39,699 nucleotides of DNA, taken from positions 1 to 39,699 of the forward strand of contig CBDUVQ010000001.1 of the NCBI GenBank assembly GCA_965370715.1, in the 5' to 3' direction. A program made the position numbers and the translations under genes. Shown here in pieces: positions 8,616 through 17,402 of this stretch. The notes beneath the pieces were generated by a model. The model was not told where the DNA came from, searched no databases, and worked only from the letters and a program-made list of their open reading frames with translations. The DNA is from an uncultured archaeon (GTDB taxonomy: Archaea; EX4484-52; B79-G9). Each line of letters begins with the position of its first letter. The stretch's first letter is position 1.

Positions 8616-9797
8616 CTAAAACTTCAGATTCCTTATGCGCCTTGCCGCCTCTTTTGTCCTCTCAATACTTGGGACAAGCGCAAACCTGACAAATCCCTCA
8701 CCGGGATTTACTCCGTCAACATCTTCGCTTAAGAAACTGCCCGGTGTTGCAACAAGAGCAATATCCTCGACCAGCATCTTTTTAGAAAACTCAACTGAGG
8801 TGTATCCTTTAGGCACTTTCTGCCAAATATAGAATGTTCCTGCAGGCACACTTTTTGGAAGCCCGATAGAATTGAATGCCTCAAGAAGTATGTCTCTTTT
8901 CTGCTGGTATTCATCCCTCATAAGTTCAACATGAGCTTCATCTTTTAGCGCCTCAGTTGCCGCATCCTGAATGAATGTTGCAGTTCCTGAATCTATGTTT
9001 CCTTTAAGCTTCTTGTACGCCTTGATTATTTTTTCATCGCCTGCAAGCCAGCCGACGCGGTAGCCGGTCATTGCGCTTCTTTTAGAAAGTGAGTTTATCG
9101 CAACTATGCCTTCCATTTCGTATTCTAAAATGCTGTGCGGCACATCATCAAAATACATTTCAGAATATGCTTCATCAGAAACAAGAATGATTTCATTTTT
9201 TCTGCAAAACTCAATTGCTTTTTTGAAGAATTCTTCGGTTGCCATTGATGCTGTCGGATTATTTGGGTAATTAAGCCACATTATCTTTGCTTTTTTCGCA
9301 GTCGCAGAATCAATCTTATCAAAATCAGGAAGATAATTATTTTCTTCAAGCAGGTTCATGAAGACAGGGATTCCGCGCGCAAACAGTGTGCCGCGCTCGT
9401 ATGGAGGATAACCCGGGTTTGGGACAAGAACAACATCACCTGGGTTCACAAATGCAAGATGAAAATTAAACACAGCCTCTTTTGAGCCAAGGCTTGAGGC
9501 AATCTGGGTTGCAGGGTTAAGTGTCACGCCAAAGCGCTTCTTGTTCCATGCGACAATCTCCTGCAAAAATTCATGAGTTCCGGCGTTTCTTGGATAGCCC
9601 GCAGATTTTCTAATATCAATAGCTTTTTTCACAGCATTGCGTATTATCTCAGGCGTTGGAGTATCCGGGTCACCGACACCGAAGTCAATCACATCAACAC
9701 CTTTTGCTTTCAACTCATCGCGCATTCTGTCAACTTCATCAAATGCATAAGACTCAAGCGAACTCAATACAGTGTTTTCAGTTATCAATTTTTCCAC
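8616..9797 (-). CDS. dapL: Class I/II PLP aminotransferase, most parsimoniously LL-diaminopimelate aminotransferase (DapL)
   Basis: PLP-lysine motif SLSKRSAMTGYRVGW and NYPNNPT. It is the last gene of a dapB-dapA-lysA-dapF cluster that lacks dapD/C/E. It appears to start at GTG, overlapping the dapF end by 13 nt. A generic Asp aminotransferase cannot be excluded by eye. Confidence 0.65.
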   Translation of the reverse strand: MEKLITENTVLSSLESYAFDEVDRMRDELKAKGVDVIDFGVGDPDTPTPEIIRNAVKKAIDIRKSAGYPRNAGTHEFLQEIVAWNKKRFGVTLNPATQIASSLGSKEAVFNFHLAFVNPGDVVLVPNPGYPPYERGTLFARGIPVFMNLLEENNYLPDFDKIDSATAKKAKIMWLNYPNNPTASMATEEFFKKAIEFCRKNEIILVSDEAYSEMYFDDVPHSILEYEMEGIVAINSLSKRSAMTGYRVGWLAGDEKIIKAYKKLKGNIDSGTATFIQDAATEALKDEAHVELMRDEYQQKRDILLEAFNSIGLPKSVPAGTFYIWQKVPKGYTSVEFSKKMLVEDIALVATPGSFLSEDVDGVNPGEGFVRFALVPSIERTKEAARRIRNLKF

Positions 9798-10615
9798 ACT
9801 CCCTCGAAAACTTCCTCTGCAGAACCTGTCATATAGACATGGTTGCTCTTTTCATCCCACACTATTTTAAGGTCTCCGCCTTTCAGGTGCGCGGTCACAT
9901 CCCGCCCTGTCTTTTTGTTTAACACACATGCAACTACCGAAGCGCATGCGCCTGTTCCGCATGCAAGAGTCTCGCCTGCACCACGCTCCCACACGCGCAT
10001 CTCAATCTCGTGTTCGTTTAGAATCTTGACAAACTCAACATTAATCCTATTGGGAAACAAATCATGGTTTTCAATAATTTTTCCAAGATGTTCGAATTCA
10101 GAAAAATCAATATCTTCAACAAAAATAACGCAATGTGGGTTTCCCATTGATACGCATGTAATTTTCACTTTTGTGCCGCCAGCATCAAGCACCTCATCAA
10201 TAACTTTCCCGTCTGAGCCCATCATAGGTATTTTTTCCCGCTCAAAAACAGGCTCACCCATGTCAACCTGAACCATCGAAACACGTCCTGAAGAAATCAA
10301 TTTCGGCTTTATGATTCCTGCAAGAGTCTCTATCTCAAACTCGTCTGTTTCTATCATCTTTCTGTCGCGCACGTATTTTGCAACGCAGCGAACAGCATTG
10401 CCGCACATCTCTGCCTCACTTCCGTCAGGGTTGAAAATTCTCATCCGAAAGTCTGCCTTTTCAGAAGGCATTATGAGAACCAGTCCGTCAGAACCTATGC
10501 CGAAGTGGCGGGCGCTTATTTTTTTTGACAACTCTTGCGGGTTTTCAACTTTTTCCTCAAAACAGTTGACAAAAATATAATCGTTTCCGATTCCATGCAT
10601 TTTTGTGAATTTCAT
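9785..10615 (-). CDS. dapF: Diaminopimelate epimerase
   Basis: MHGIGNDYIFV, the two catalytic-Cys motifs CGNAVRCVAKY and LACGTGACASV, and MGNPHCV. ATGA overlap with the lysA stop. Confidence 0.9.
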   Translation of the reverse strand: MKFTKMHGIGNDYIFVNCFEEKVENPQELSKKISARHFGIGSDGLVLIMPSEKADFRMRIFNPDGSEAEMCGNAVRCVAKYVRDRKMIETDEFEIETLAGIIKPKLISSGRVSMVQVDMGEPVFEREKIPMMGSDGKVIDEVLDAGGTKVKITCVSMGNPHCVIFVEDIDFSEFEHLGKIIENHDLFPNRINVEFVKILNEHEIEMRVWERGAGETLACGTGACASVVACVLNKKTGRDVTAHLKGGDLKIVWDEKSNHVYMTGSAEEVFEGVWKN

Positions 10616-11898
10616 AAATTTTCCTGCTCCCGCAAAAGGCCATCAAGTGTCTGGCGGCGCCTTACAATTTTTGATTCATTGCCATCAATCATAACTTCTG
10701 CTGGAAGAGGGCGCGAGTTGTATGTAGAGGCCATTGAAAATCCATATGCTCCGGTATCAAGTATTGCTAAGATATCTCCTTCATGAATTTGGGGTAGGCT
10801 TCGCAGGATTTTTTTATTCTCAGTAAAAACATCTCCGGTCTCGCAGAGGTTTCCGGCAACCATGTATTCCTTTTTGCATGTTGAGTCAACATTATCGCAA
10901 ACCACAATTTCCTGATATGCTCCATACATCGCGGGTCTTGCAAGTGTGTTAAACCCTGCATTTACTCCAACAACAAGTATGTTTTTTTCCTCAACAGTGT
11001 TTGCTTCAACAAGAAGTATGCCTGCGTCCCCAACGATAAATCTTCCGGGCTCTATTGCCACTACAACATCCATGCCAGAGGACTTTATTTTCTCAGAAAT
11101 GCCTTTAGCATATTCATTTATCGGAAACAGCTTTTGTACTTCAGCATATGGTATGCCCGGACCTCCGCCAAAGTCAATAAAAGAAAGCTTTTTCCCTGTT
11201 GCAGCCTCTATCTTCTTTGCTGTGTTTATTGTCTTATCAACTGAAGACAAAAATGTCGGAACATCTTCCTTCAGCCAGCCAGAGCCTATATGCTGGTGCA
11301 GGCCAACTATATTGAATCCTGCTTTTTTTGCCTCAAGAACAGCATCTTCAAGCTTATGCTCAGGTATTCCAAACTTAACATATTTTCCTGCAGTTATTGT
11401 GTGAGAATGATGCCCTGCCCCACTACCCTCACCAGGGTTCCAACGTATGGAAATGTCAGGCTTTTTGTCTGTAAGTTTTTGGAGCCGCCTGATTTGCGAT
11501 ACAGAATCAATGTTAAGGAAAACGCCAAGCTCAAGCAAATGAATCAAGTCCTCATTGCTGACACTCGTGCCTGTAAACATTATGCGCTCTTTTGGAAAGC
11601 CTGCCTTTATTGCAGTTTCAACCTCAAGCGGCGAAACTGCATCTATATATGCGCCTGCATCTTTCAGGGTTCGAAGAATTTCAATGTTAGAATTTGCCTT
11701 CATCGCATAATGTATGCGCACATTTTGATTATGTTTAGAAAACGCATTGTTTAACTCATTAAAATTTTCAAGAATCCTTTTTCTGTTGTACACATAAAGA
11801 GGAGTCCCGTATTTTTCTGCCAATGCTTTTGCGCTCATGCCGCCTATGAAGAGCTTGTTATCTTTTACTTCCAGATGCCCTTCTTTTTCCCACCACAT
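10612..11898 (-). CDS. lysA: Diaminopimelate decarboxylase
   Basis: PLP-Lys motif YAMKANSN, HIGSG, GGGPGIPY, and CETGD near the C-terminus. AGGTGAGG SD upstream. Confidence 0.9.
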   Translation of the reverse strand: MWWEKEGHLEVKDNKLFIGGMSAKALAEKYGTPLYVYNRKRILENFNELNNAFSKHNQNVRIHYAMKANSNIEILRTLKDAGAYIDAVSPLEVETAIKAGFPKERIMFTGTSVSNEDLIHLLELGVFLNIDSVSQIRRLQKLTDKKPDISIRWNPGEGSGAGHHSHTITAGKYVKFGIPEHKLEDAVLEAKKAGFNIVGLHQHIGSGWLKEDVPTFLSSVDKTINTAKKIEAATGKKLSFIDFGGGPGIPYAEVQKLFPINEYAKGISEKIKSSGMDVVVAIEPGRFIVGDAGILLVEANTVEEKNILVVGVNAGFNTLARPAMYGAYQEIVVCDNVDSTCKKEYMVAGNLCETGDVFTENKKILRSLPQIHEGDILAILDTGAYGFSMASTYNSRPLPAEVMIDGNESKIVRRRQTLDGLLREQENL

Positions 11899-11904
11899 TC
11901 TGCC

Positions 11905-12822
11905 TCACCTGAATAACTGTAAATCCTTTAGAACAGCGTCCATTTTTATCTTGGTAGCATCTGTGACATCAATCAACGGCAGTCGCGGCACACCGACAGG
12001 AATGCCTAACTTCCTCAATGCATAATGCGCAGGGCTTGGGTTTGTTTCAAGAAACAATGCGTCATATAACGGGCGAAGTGTCTGGTCTATTTTCTCTGCA
12101 CCCTCAAAGTTTTTTGAAAGCGCAAGGCCTACAGACTCCGAAGTCCTCCTCGGGTCAACATTCGCGGCAACAGAAATACTTCCTGCTCCACCCGCTCTAA
12201 TGAGGTCTATATTAATCCCGTCATCACCTGAAATGACAGAGAAGTCCATATTTGTTGTTGCATCAATTATCTTTTTTATTTGTTCCATATTACCCGACGC
12301 CTCCTTCACAGCGATTATGTTTGAGTGCTCCTTTGCAAGACGCACAGTTGTTTCAGCCTCTATGTTTTTCCCGGTCCTTCCGGGAACATTGTAGAGAATG
12401 ATTTTGCCATCAATTTTTGATGCAATCGCAGAATAATGCTGAAAAATTCCTTCCTGCATTGGCTTGTTCTGGTACGGGGATATCTGAAGGTGCGTTGTTA
12501 TGCCCAGGTCTTCAATCTCTTTTGCGGCAGAAATTGCCTCGCGCGTGCAGTTTGAGCCGTCCCCTGCAAGAACAGGCACCCGTCCGTTCACATGCTCCAG
12601 AGAGTTTTTCATCAGGCTTTTCTGTTCATCCCATGTTAGCGAAGAAGCATGGCCTGTACAGCCTGCAACAAGAACGCCTGTAACACCCCCGTCTATTACA
12701 TAATCAATAAGCTGGTTCATCGCTTCCTGATCCACAGGGTTGTTGAGCGCGTCCCCGTTGTCTTTTATTGGAGTCACAAGCGCAGGATAACACCCGCTGA
12801 ATGCCTTAGCCATTGTTACCAC
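11905..12822 (-). CDS. dapA: 4-hydroxy-tetrahydrodipicolinate synthase
   Basis: GVLVAGCTGHASSL, YNVPGRTG, and the Schiff-base Lys in IIAVKEASG. The start may be Met4 at 12813. Confidence 0.9.
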   Translation of the reverse strand: MVTMAKAFSGCYPALVTPIKDNGDALNNPVDQEAMNQLIDYVIDGGVTGVLVAGCTGHASSLTWDEQKSLMKNSLEHVNGRVPVLAGDGSNCTREAISAAKEIEDLGITTHLQISPYQNKPMQEGIFQHYSAIASKIDGKIILYNVPGRTGKNIEAETTVRLAKEHSNIIAVKEASGNMEQIKKIIDATTNMDFSVISGDDGINIDLIRAGGAGSISVAANVDPRRTSESVGLALSKNFEGAEKIDQTLRPLYDALFLETNPSPAHYALRKLGIPVGVPRLPLIDVTDATKIKMDAVLKDLQLFR

Positions 12823-13579
12823 ACTCCAAAATACTCTTCATCATGTCGTCCATGCTGTAGAATCCTTTTTTGCCAGCCATCCATTCCGAAGCACTTACAG
12901 CGCCTACAGCGAATCCAGCTCTTCCGCGCGCAGTGTGCTTAAGCTCAATTGTGTCTGCTTTTGAATCAAAGCCAACGACGTGCGTTCCCGGAAAATTGCC
13001 TGCCCGGATACTTGCAACATGAAGCTCTTCTGGGTTAATCTTGCGGTCAACCACACCGTATTCTGCCTTTGATTTTCTGTCAATTCCGGCAAGAACAAGC
13101 TCACCGAGCTTTTTTCCGGTTCCTGAAGGGCTGTCAAGCTTCTGGTTGTGGTGAAGCTCGTAAAGATAAGGGTCATATTCAGAAAACTTGTCAAAAAGTA
13201 GTGATGCGTTTTCAATTATTTTGAAGAAGAGGTTTACGCCGATTGAAAAATTTTGGGCATAAATTATACCAATATCATTTTTTTCTGCAATTGCTTTGAC
13301 TTCATCAATTTTGTCGTACCAGCCGGTTGTGCCAATTACAATGTTTTTCTTGTGCTCTGCAATCTTTTTCACATTCTCAAGAACAACAGCAGGCGCTGTA
13401 AAGTCTATGCAGACATCAACATCTTTCATGCTTTCTGCGCTTATTTCTGTGAAAAACTTACCGCACTTTTCTTGCGCAGGGTCTATTATTGCCTGAACAG
13501 TGATATTTCTGTCTTTGGCTGCCTTTTCAATCTCACAGCCCATTTTTCCGTAACCAATTATTGCTATTTTTATAGCCAT
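12806..13579 (-). CDS. dapB: 4-hydroxy-tetrahydrodipicolinate reductase
   Basis: N-terminal Rossmann motif IAIIGYGKMG and the signature ELHHNQKLDSPSGTG. Confidence 0.9.
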   Translation of the reverse strand: MAIKIAIIGYGKMGCEIEKAAKDRNITVQAIIDPAQEKCGKFFTEISAESMKDVDVCIDFTAPAVVLENVKKIAEHKKNIVIGTTGWYDKIDEVKAIAEKNDIGIIYAQNFSIGVNLFFKIIENASLLFDKFSEYDPYLYELHHNQKLDSPSGTGKKLGELVLAGIDRKSKAEYGVVDRKINPEELHVASIRAGNFPGTHVVGFDSKADTIELKHTARGRAGFAVGAVSASEWMAGKKGFYSMDDMMKSILECGNNG

Positions 13580-13602
13580 AAAGTTCCCTCAGAGTATAAA
13601 CA

Positions 13603-13610
13603 TTTATAAA
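13603..13610. promoter_or_regulatory. Palindromic TATA-like box (TTTATAAA) ~27 nt upstream of the dapB ATG
   Basis: It is the only A/T-only palindrome in the 82-bp divergent intergenic region. Its spacing to the dapB start fits a leaderless archaeal promoter. Confidence 0.4.
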
Positions 13611-13661
13611 TTTTTAAGTGTAATCTTCAACGTAGTATTACTACAATAAAGTTATAAGATA

Positions 13662-14060
13662 ATGATGGTGATTTGCATGCCTCTTACAGACCCCGAATTA
13701 GGAATATTCCAAGACGGACTAAAAAGGATTACTAAACTCACGGAATTGTTACAAGAACCTGAAGACCCTCCGTCATACCCATCAGACTTCACTAACAGAT
13801 TAGAAGAGTTAGAAGTTATTAAAAAAGTGCTTGTGGATGGCTTGAACGGTTATGAAGTAATATCTGGCGAAAATACAGGAATGGTTTATACTTGCAAAAC
13901 GGATGTCTTTGGTTTTGTAGTCAATGAGACCCCTATAAATCTCGATGGAAGTAAAGGTATTGAAAAAAAATTATATATTCTGGGTTCTGGCGAAGGTTGC
14001 AAGGTACTTGTAAGTCGTGAACCGATCAATAATAAAGTACATTATAAGTCAGTTTCCTAA
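13662..14060 (+). CDS. Hypothetical protein with no recognisable family
   Basis: 132-codon ORF. A more likely start is the ATG at 13677, preceded by GGTGAT (13667-13672). Its codon usage looks different from the neighbouring genes, with many TTA/GTA/ATT codons. Confidence 0.45.
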   Translation: MMVICMPLTDPELGIFQDGLKRITKLTELLQEPEDPPSYPSDFTNRLEELEVIKKVLVDGLNGYEVISGENTGMVYTCKTDVFGFVVNETPINLDGSKGIEKKLYILGSGEGCKVLVSREPINNKVHYKSVS

Positions 14061-14917
14061 AAAACATCTTGAACATTCCTAAACCCTATCTTAACAAACT
14101 TTTCATGAGCAAGTCCTCTTTTTTTCATCTCCATCAGCGCGCCCTTTACGTGTGTGCTTCCAAGAGGCAATTTGTAGCCCGCTTTTTTTGACAATTCGTC
14201 AATCTGCTTAAGAGCAACTGAGCGCGCGAGTATTGATGCCGCAGCAACCTCAATGTATTTTGACTCTGCCTTTGTCTCCAAGACAGCGCCCTTTACGCGG
14301 CAACCGGGATACTGGTCAACAACAATTTCATCAGCGGGAAGTAGGTTGCTTGTCGCGCGCGAGTGTAGTGCATTCAGCATCACAGTCACACTTTTAATTT
14401 TGTTGTATTCTTCCGGAAACAATTCTGCAATTGCGTAGTTCTTTTTTCCAAGAACTTTTTTTATTTTTTCAGCCAACTCATGTATTTTACCATTCAATAT
14501 TTTTTTTGAATCCTGAACACCAATGCGCGCAAGTTCTTCACGTTCCTTTGCACCCATCTTTGCAGAGGCGACAACAATCCCGCCAAATGTGTCTCCCTTG
14601 AGAGACTCGTCGCTTCCAATGCGCACTATTTTACTTCCATCCTTATTTGGCAGTATTTTTTTTGCTGCCTTTTTTCCTGTAAGAAAAAACACGGTTCTCT
14701 CAACCTCAGTTTCTTTTCCCTGTATCAGAAGTTTTCCGCTCTTGTAATGAATAACTGTCGCAGGTCCACTTAAGCGGCGAAGCTCGTAGGCTGTTTTTAT
14801 TTCATTCTCACGAAACCCCTGCTCAAGAAGAGAGTCAATTTTTTTTGTGTCAACATTGTTCAGAACAGCCATGCCCCTTATTGATTTATTCAACCTATAT
14901 ATACCCCCCGCAACCAA
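14057..14917 (-). CDS. rnhC: Ribonuclease HIII (type 2 RNase H with an N-terminal TBP-like domain)
   Basis: The N-domain YKSGKLLIQGK matches RNase HIII YQSGKVLFQGK. Catalytic motifs GSDESLKGDTFGG, GVQDSKK, VVDQY, ETKAESKYIEVAAASILAR and LPLGSTHV follow in RNase HIII order. The likely start is Met16 at 14872, 27 nt from the TATA box. Confidence 0.8.
   Translation of the reverse strand: MVAGGIYRLNKSIRGMAVLNNVDTKKIDSLLEQGFRENEIKTAYELRRLSGPATVIHYKSGKLLIQGKETEVERTVFFLTGKKAAKKILPNKDGSKIVRIGSDESLKGDTFGGIVVASAKMGAKEREELARIGVQDSKKILNGKIHELAEKIKKVLGKKNYAIAELFPEEYNKIKSVTVMLNALHSRATSNLLPADEIVVDQYPGCRVKGAVLETKAESKYIEVAAASILARSVALKQIDELSKKAGYKLPLGSTHVKGALMEMKKRGLAHEKFVKIGFRNVQDVF
14896..14903. promoter_or_regulatory. 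Palindromic TATATATA box, a candidate shared core element for divergent rnhC and ppsA transcription
   Basis: It is centred 27 nt from the rnhC Met16 codon (14872, minus strand). It lies ~26-37 nt upstream of the ppsA AGGAG (14929-14933) and ATG (14939). Confidence 0.4.
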
Positions 14918-14938
14918 TAATTTACTTCAGGAGATTCT

Positions 14939-17359
14939 ATGGACAAAACAAATGCTTTCATTTTGTGGTTTGACCAGCTCGGCATCGAGGATGTTCCGCT
15001 TGTCGGCGGAAAAAATGCATCTTTGGGTGAGATGTATAGAAACCTGTCTTCTCTCGGAGTAAAAATACCGAACGGTTTTGCCGTGACTTCAAAAGCATAC
15101 TGGCATTTTCTTGAAACAGCAGGAATAAAGGATAAAATACATGAAATACTTTCAGACCTTGACACGCGCAGCATAAAAAACCTTCGCGAGCACGGTGAAA
15201 AAGTGAGAAAAACAATATTGGCAGCAGAACTCCCTGATGACCTGAAGCAGGAAATTGTTGAGGCATATTCGCACCTTGAAAAGCAGTACAGCGAATTTGT
15301 TGATGTTGCAGTTCGCTCAAGCGCAACAGCAGAGGACCTTCCTGATGCAAGCTTTGCAGGGCAACAAGAAACATACCTCAATATAACAGGTCCTGAGTCA
15401 CTGGTTCTGGCATGTAAAAAATGCATTGCCTCGCTTTTCACAGACAGGGCGATATCTTATCGCGCAGACAAGAACTTTGACCATTTTTCTATTGCACTTT
15501 CAATCGGCGTTCAGAAAATGGTGCGCTCTGACCAGGCAACAAGCGGTGTGATGTTTTCAATTGATACAGAAAGCGGTTTTCAGGACGTTGTTGTAATCAA
15601 CGCAGCATATGGGCTTGGGGAAAATGTCGTGCAGGGTGCGGTAAACCCTGACGAGTATATGGTGTTTAAGCCGACACTTCTTAAGGGCAAAAGGCCTATT
15701 ATCTCAAAGTCTATTGGCTCAAAAGAGCAGAAGATGGTGTATACAACAGACGGGCGCCACCCGACAAAGAACGTGCCTGTGTCTGTTGCAGAACAAAAGT
15801 CTTTCGCGCTTTCTGATGATGAGATTCTCATGCTTTCAAAGTGGGCGTGCACAATCGAGGATCATTATTCCAAAAAGGCAGGGCACAAAAAGCCCATGGA
15901 TATGGAGTGGGCAAAAGACGGAGTAACAAATGAGATTTTCATTGTTCAGGCGCGGCCGGAAACAGTCCAGTCGCAAAAGGACAAAAATGTTATCAAAACA
16001 TATGTGCTAAAGCAAAAAGGAGACCTTCTTGTGGTAGGAACAAGTGTCGGCGATATGATTGGCAATGGACGCGCGCACGTCATAAAAAGCGTTCACAACA
16101 TTGATGAGTTCAAGAAAGGCGAGGTTCTTGTTACAGACATGACAGACCCTGACTGGGAGCCGATAATGAAGATAGCGTCTGCAATTGTCACAAACAGGGG
16201 CGGGCGCACATGCCACGCAGCAATAATATCGCGCGAGCTTGGAATCCCCTGCGTTGTCGGCACAACCACTTCAACTGAAAAAGTAAAGAACGGGGCAAAC
16301 GTAACAGTTTCGTGCGCAGAAGGAGAAGAAGGTTATGTTTACAAAGGAAAACTTCAATTTGAGATTCAGGAAATAAAGCTTGATGACATACCTCTGACAA
16401 AAACAAAAATAATGATGAATGTCGGAAACCCTGGACAGGCATTTGAGAACTCATTCATACCAAATGAGGGTGTCGGCCTTGCGCGCGAGGAGTTTGTGAT
16501 AAATTCCCATATAAAAATACACCCTCTTGCGCTCATACATTTCAGTAAGATAAAAAAGGATAAAAAAAACAAGGAATTGGTAAAAGAAATTGAAGAATTA
16601 ACACCCGGATACAAAAACAAGTCTGATTTTTTTGTTGACAAGCTTGCAGAAGGAATCGGTACGATTGGCGCTGCATTTTATCCTAAAGACGTCATAGTTC
16701 GATTATCAGATTTCAAATCCAATGAGTATTCAAACCTGATTGGAGGCACACTTTTTGAGCCGCATGAGGACAACCCCATGATTGGCTGGAGGGGTGCATC
16801 AAGATATTATTCTGATAAATACAGGGATGCGTTTGTTCTTGAGTGCAGGGCACTCAAAAAAGTAAGAAATGACTTTGGCCTCAATAATGTCAAAATCATG
16901 ATTCCGTTCTGCCGAACCGTTGATGAAGGAAAAGCTGTCCTGACAGAAATGAAAAAGAACGGCCTCAAAAAAGGAGAAAACGGGCTTGAGGTATATGTCA
17001 TGTGCGAAATTCCTTCAAACGTGATTCTTGCAGACAAGTTTTCTGAAATCTTTGACGGTTTTTCAATAGGCACAAATGACCTGACCCAATTGACACTGGG
17101 ACTTGACAGAGATTCTGAAATTGTCTCACACATCTATGATGAGCGAAACGAGGCAGTCAAGCGCCTGATTACAAGCGTAATAAAGACTGCAAAAGAAAAA
17201 AAGAGGAAAATCGGAATATGTGGGCAGGCGCCAAGCGACTTTCCTGATTTTGCCGAATTTCTTGTCGAATGCGGGATTGACTCAATTTCCCTGAACCCGG
17301 ACACTGTTGTTAAAACAAGGCTTAAAATTGCAGAAAAAGAGAAAAACCTGAAACTCTAA
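14939..17359 (+). CDS. ppsA: Phosphoenolpyruvate synthase (pyruvate, water dikinase)
   Basis: 806 aa with GGKNASLGEM, the phospho-His motif GGRTCHAAIISRELGIPCVVG, and a C-terminal PEP-utilising TIM domain (GFSIGTNDLTQL, CGQAP). Confidence 0.95.
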   Translation: MDKTNAFILWFDQLGIEDVPLVGGKNASLGEMYRNLSSLGVKIPNGFAVTSKAYWHFLETAGIKDKIHEILSDLDTRSIKNLREHGEKVRKTILAAELPDDLKQEIVEAYSHLEKQYSEFVDVAVRSSATAEDLPDASFAGQQETYLNITGPESLVLACKKCIASLFTDRAISYRADKNFDHFSIALSIGVQKMVRSDQATSGVMFSIDTESGFQDVVVINAAYGLGENVVQGAVNPDEYMVFKPTLLKGKRPIISKSIGSKEQKMVYTTDGRHPTKNVPVSVAEQKSFALSDDEILMLSKWACTIEDHYSKKAGHKKPMDMEWAKDGVTNEIFIVQARPETVQSQKDKNVIKTYVLKQKGDLLVVGTSVGDMIGNGRAHVIKSVHNIDEFKKGEVLVTDMTDPDWEPIMKIASAIVTNRGGRTCHAAIISRELGIPCVVGTTTSTEKVKNGANVTVSCAEGEEGYVYKGKLQFEIQEIKLDDIPLTKTKIMMNVGNPGQAFENSFIPNEGVGLAREEFVINSHIKIHPLALIHFSKIKKDKKNKELVKEIEELTPGYKNKSDFFVDKLAEGIGTIGAAFYPKDVIVRLSDFKSNEYSNLIGGTLFEPHEDNPMIGWRGASRYYSDKYRDAFVLECRALKKVRNDFGLNNVKIMIPFCRTVDEGKAVLTEMKKNGLKKGENGLEVYVMCEIPSNVILADKFSEIFDGFSIGTNDLTQLTLGLDRDSEIVSHIYDERNEAVKRLITSVIKTAKEKKRKIGICGQAPSDFPDFAEFLVECGIDSISLNPDTVVKTRLKIAEKEKNLKL

Positions 17360-17369
17360 TCTGATAAGC

Positions 17370-17377
17370 ATAATAAT
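17370..17377 (+). promoter_or_regulatory. TATA-like box (ATAATAAT) ~29 nt upstream of tRNA-Pro
   Basis: Its position relative to tRNA position +1 (17403) fits archaeal promoter spacing. Confidence 0.35.
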
Positions 17378-17402
17378 CTTTCTGCACAACATATCTTCAT
17401 CA

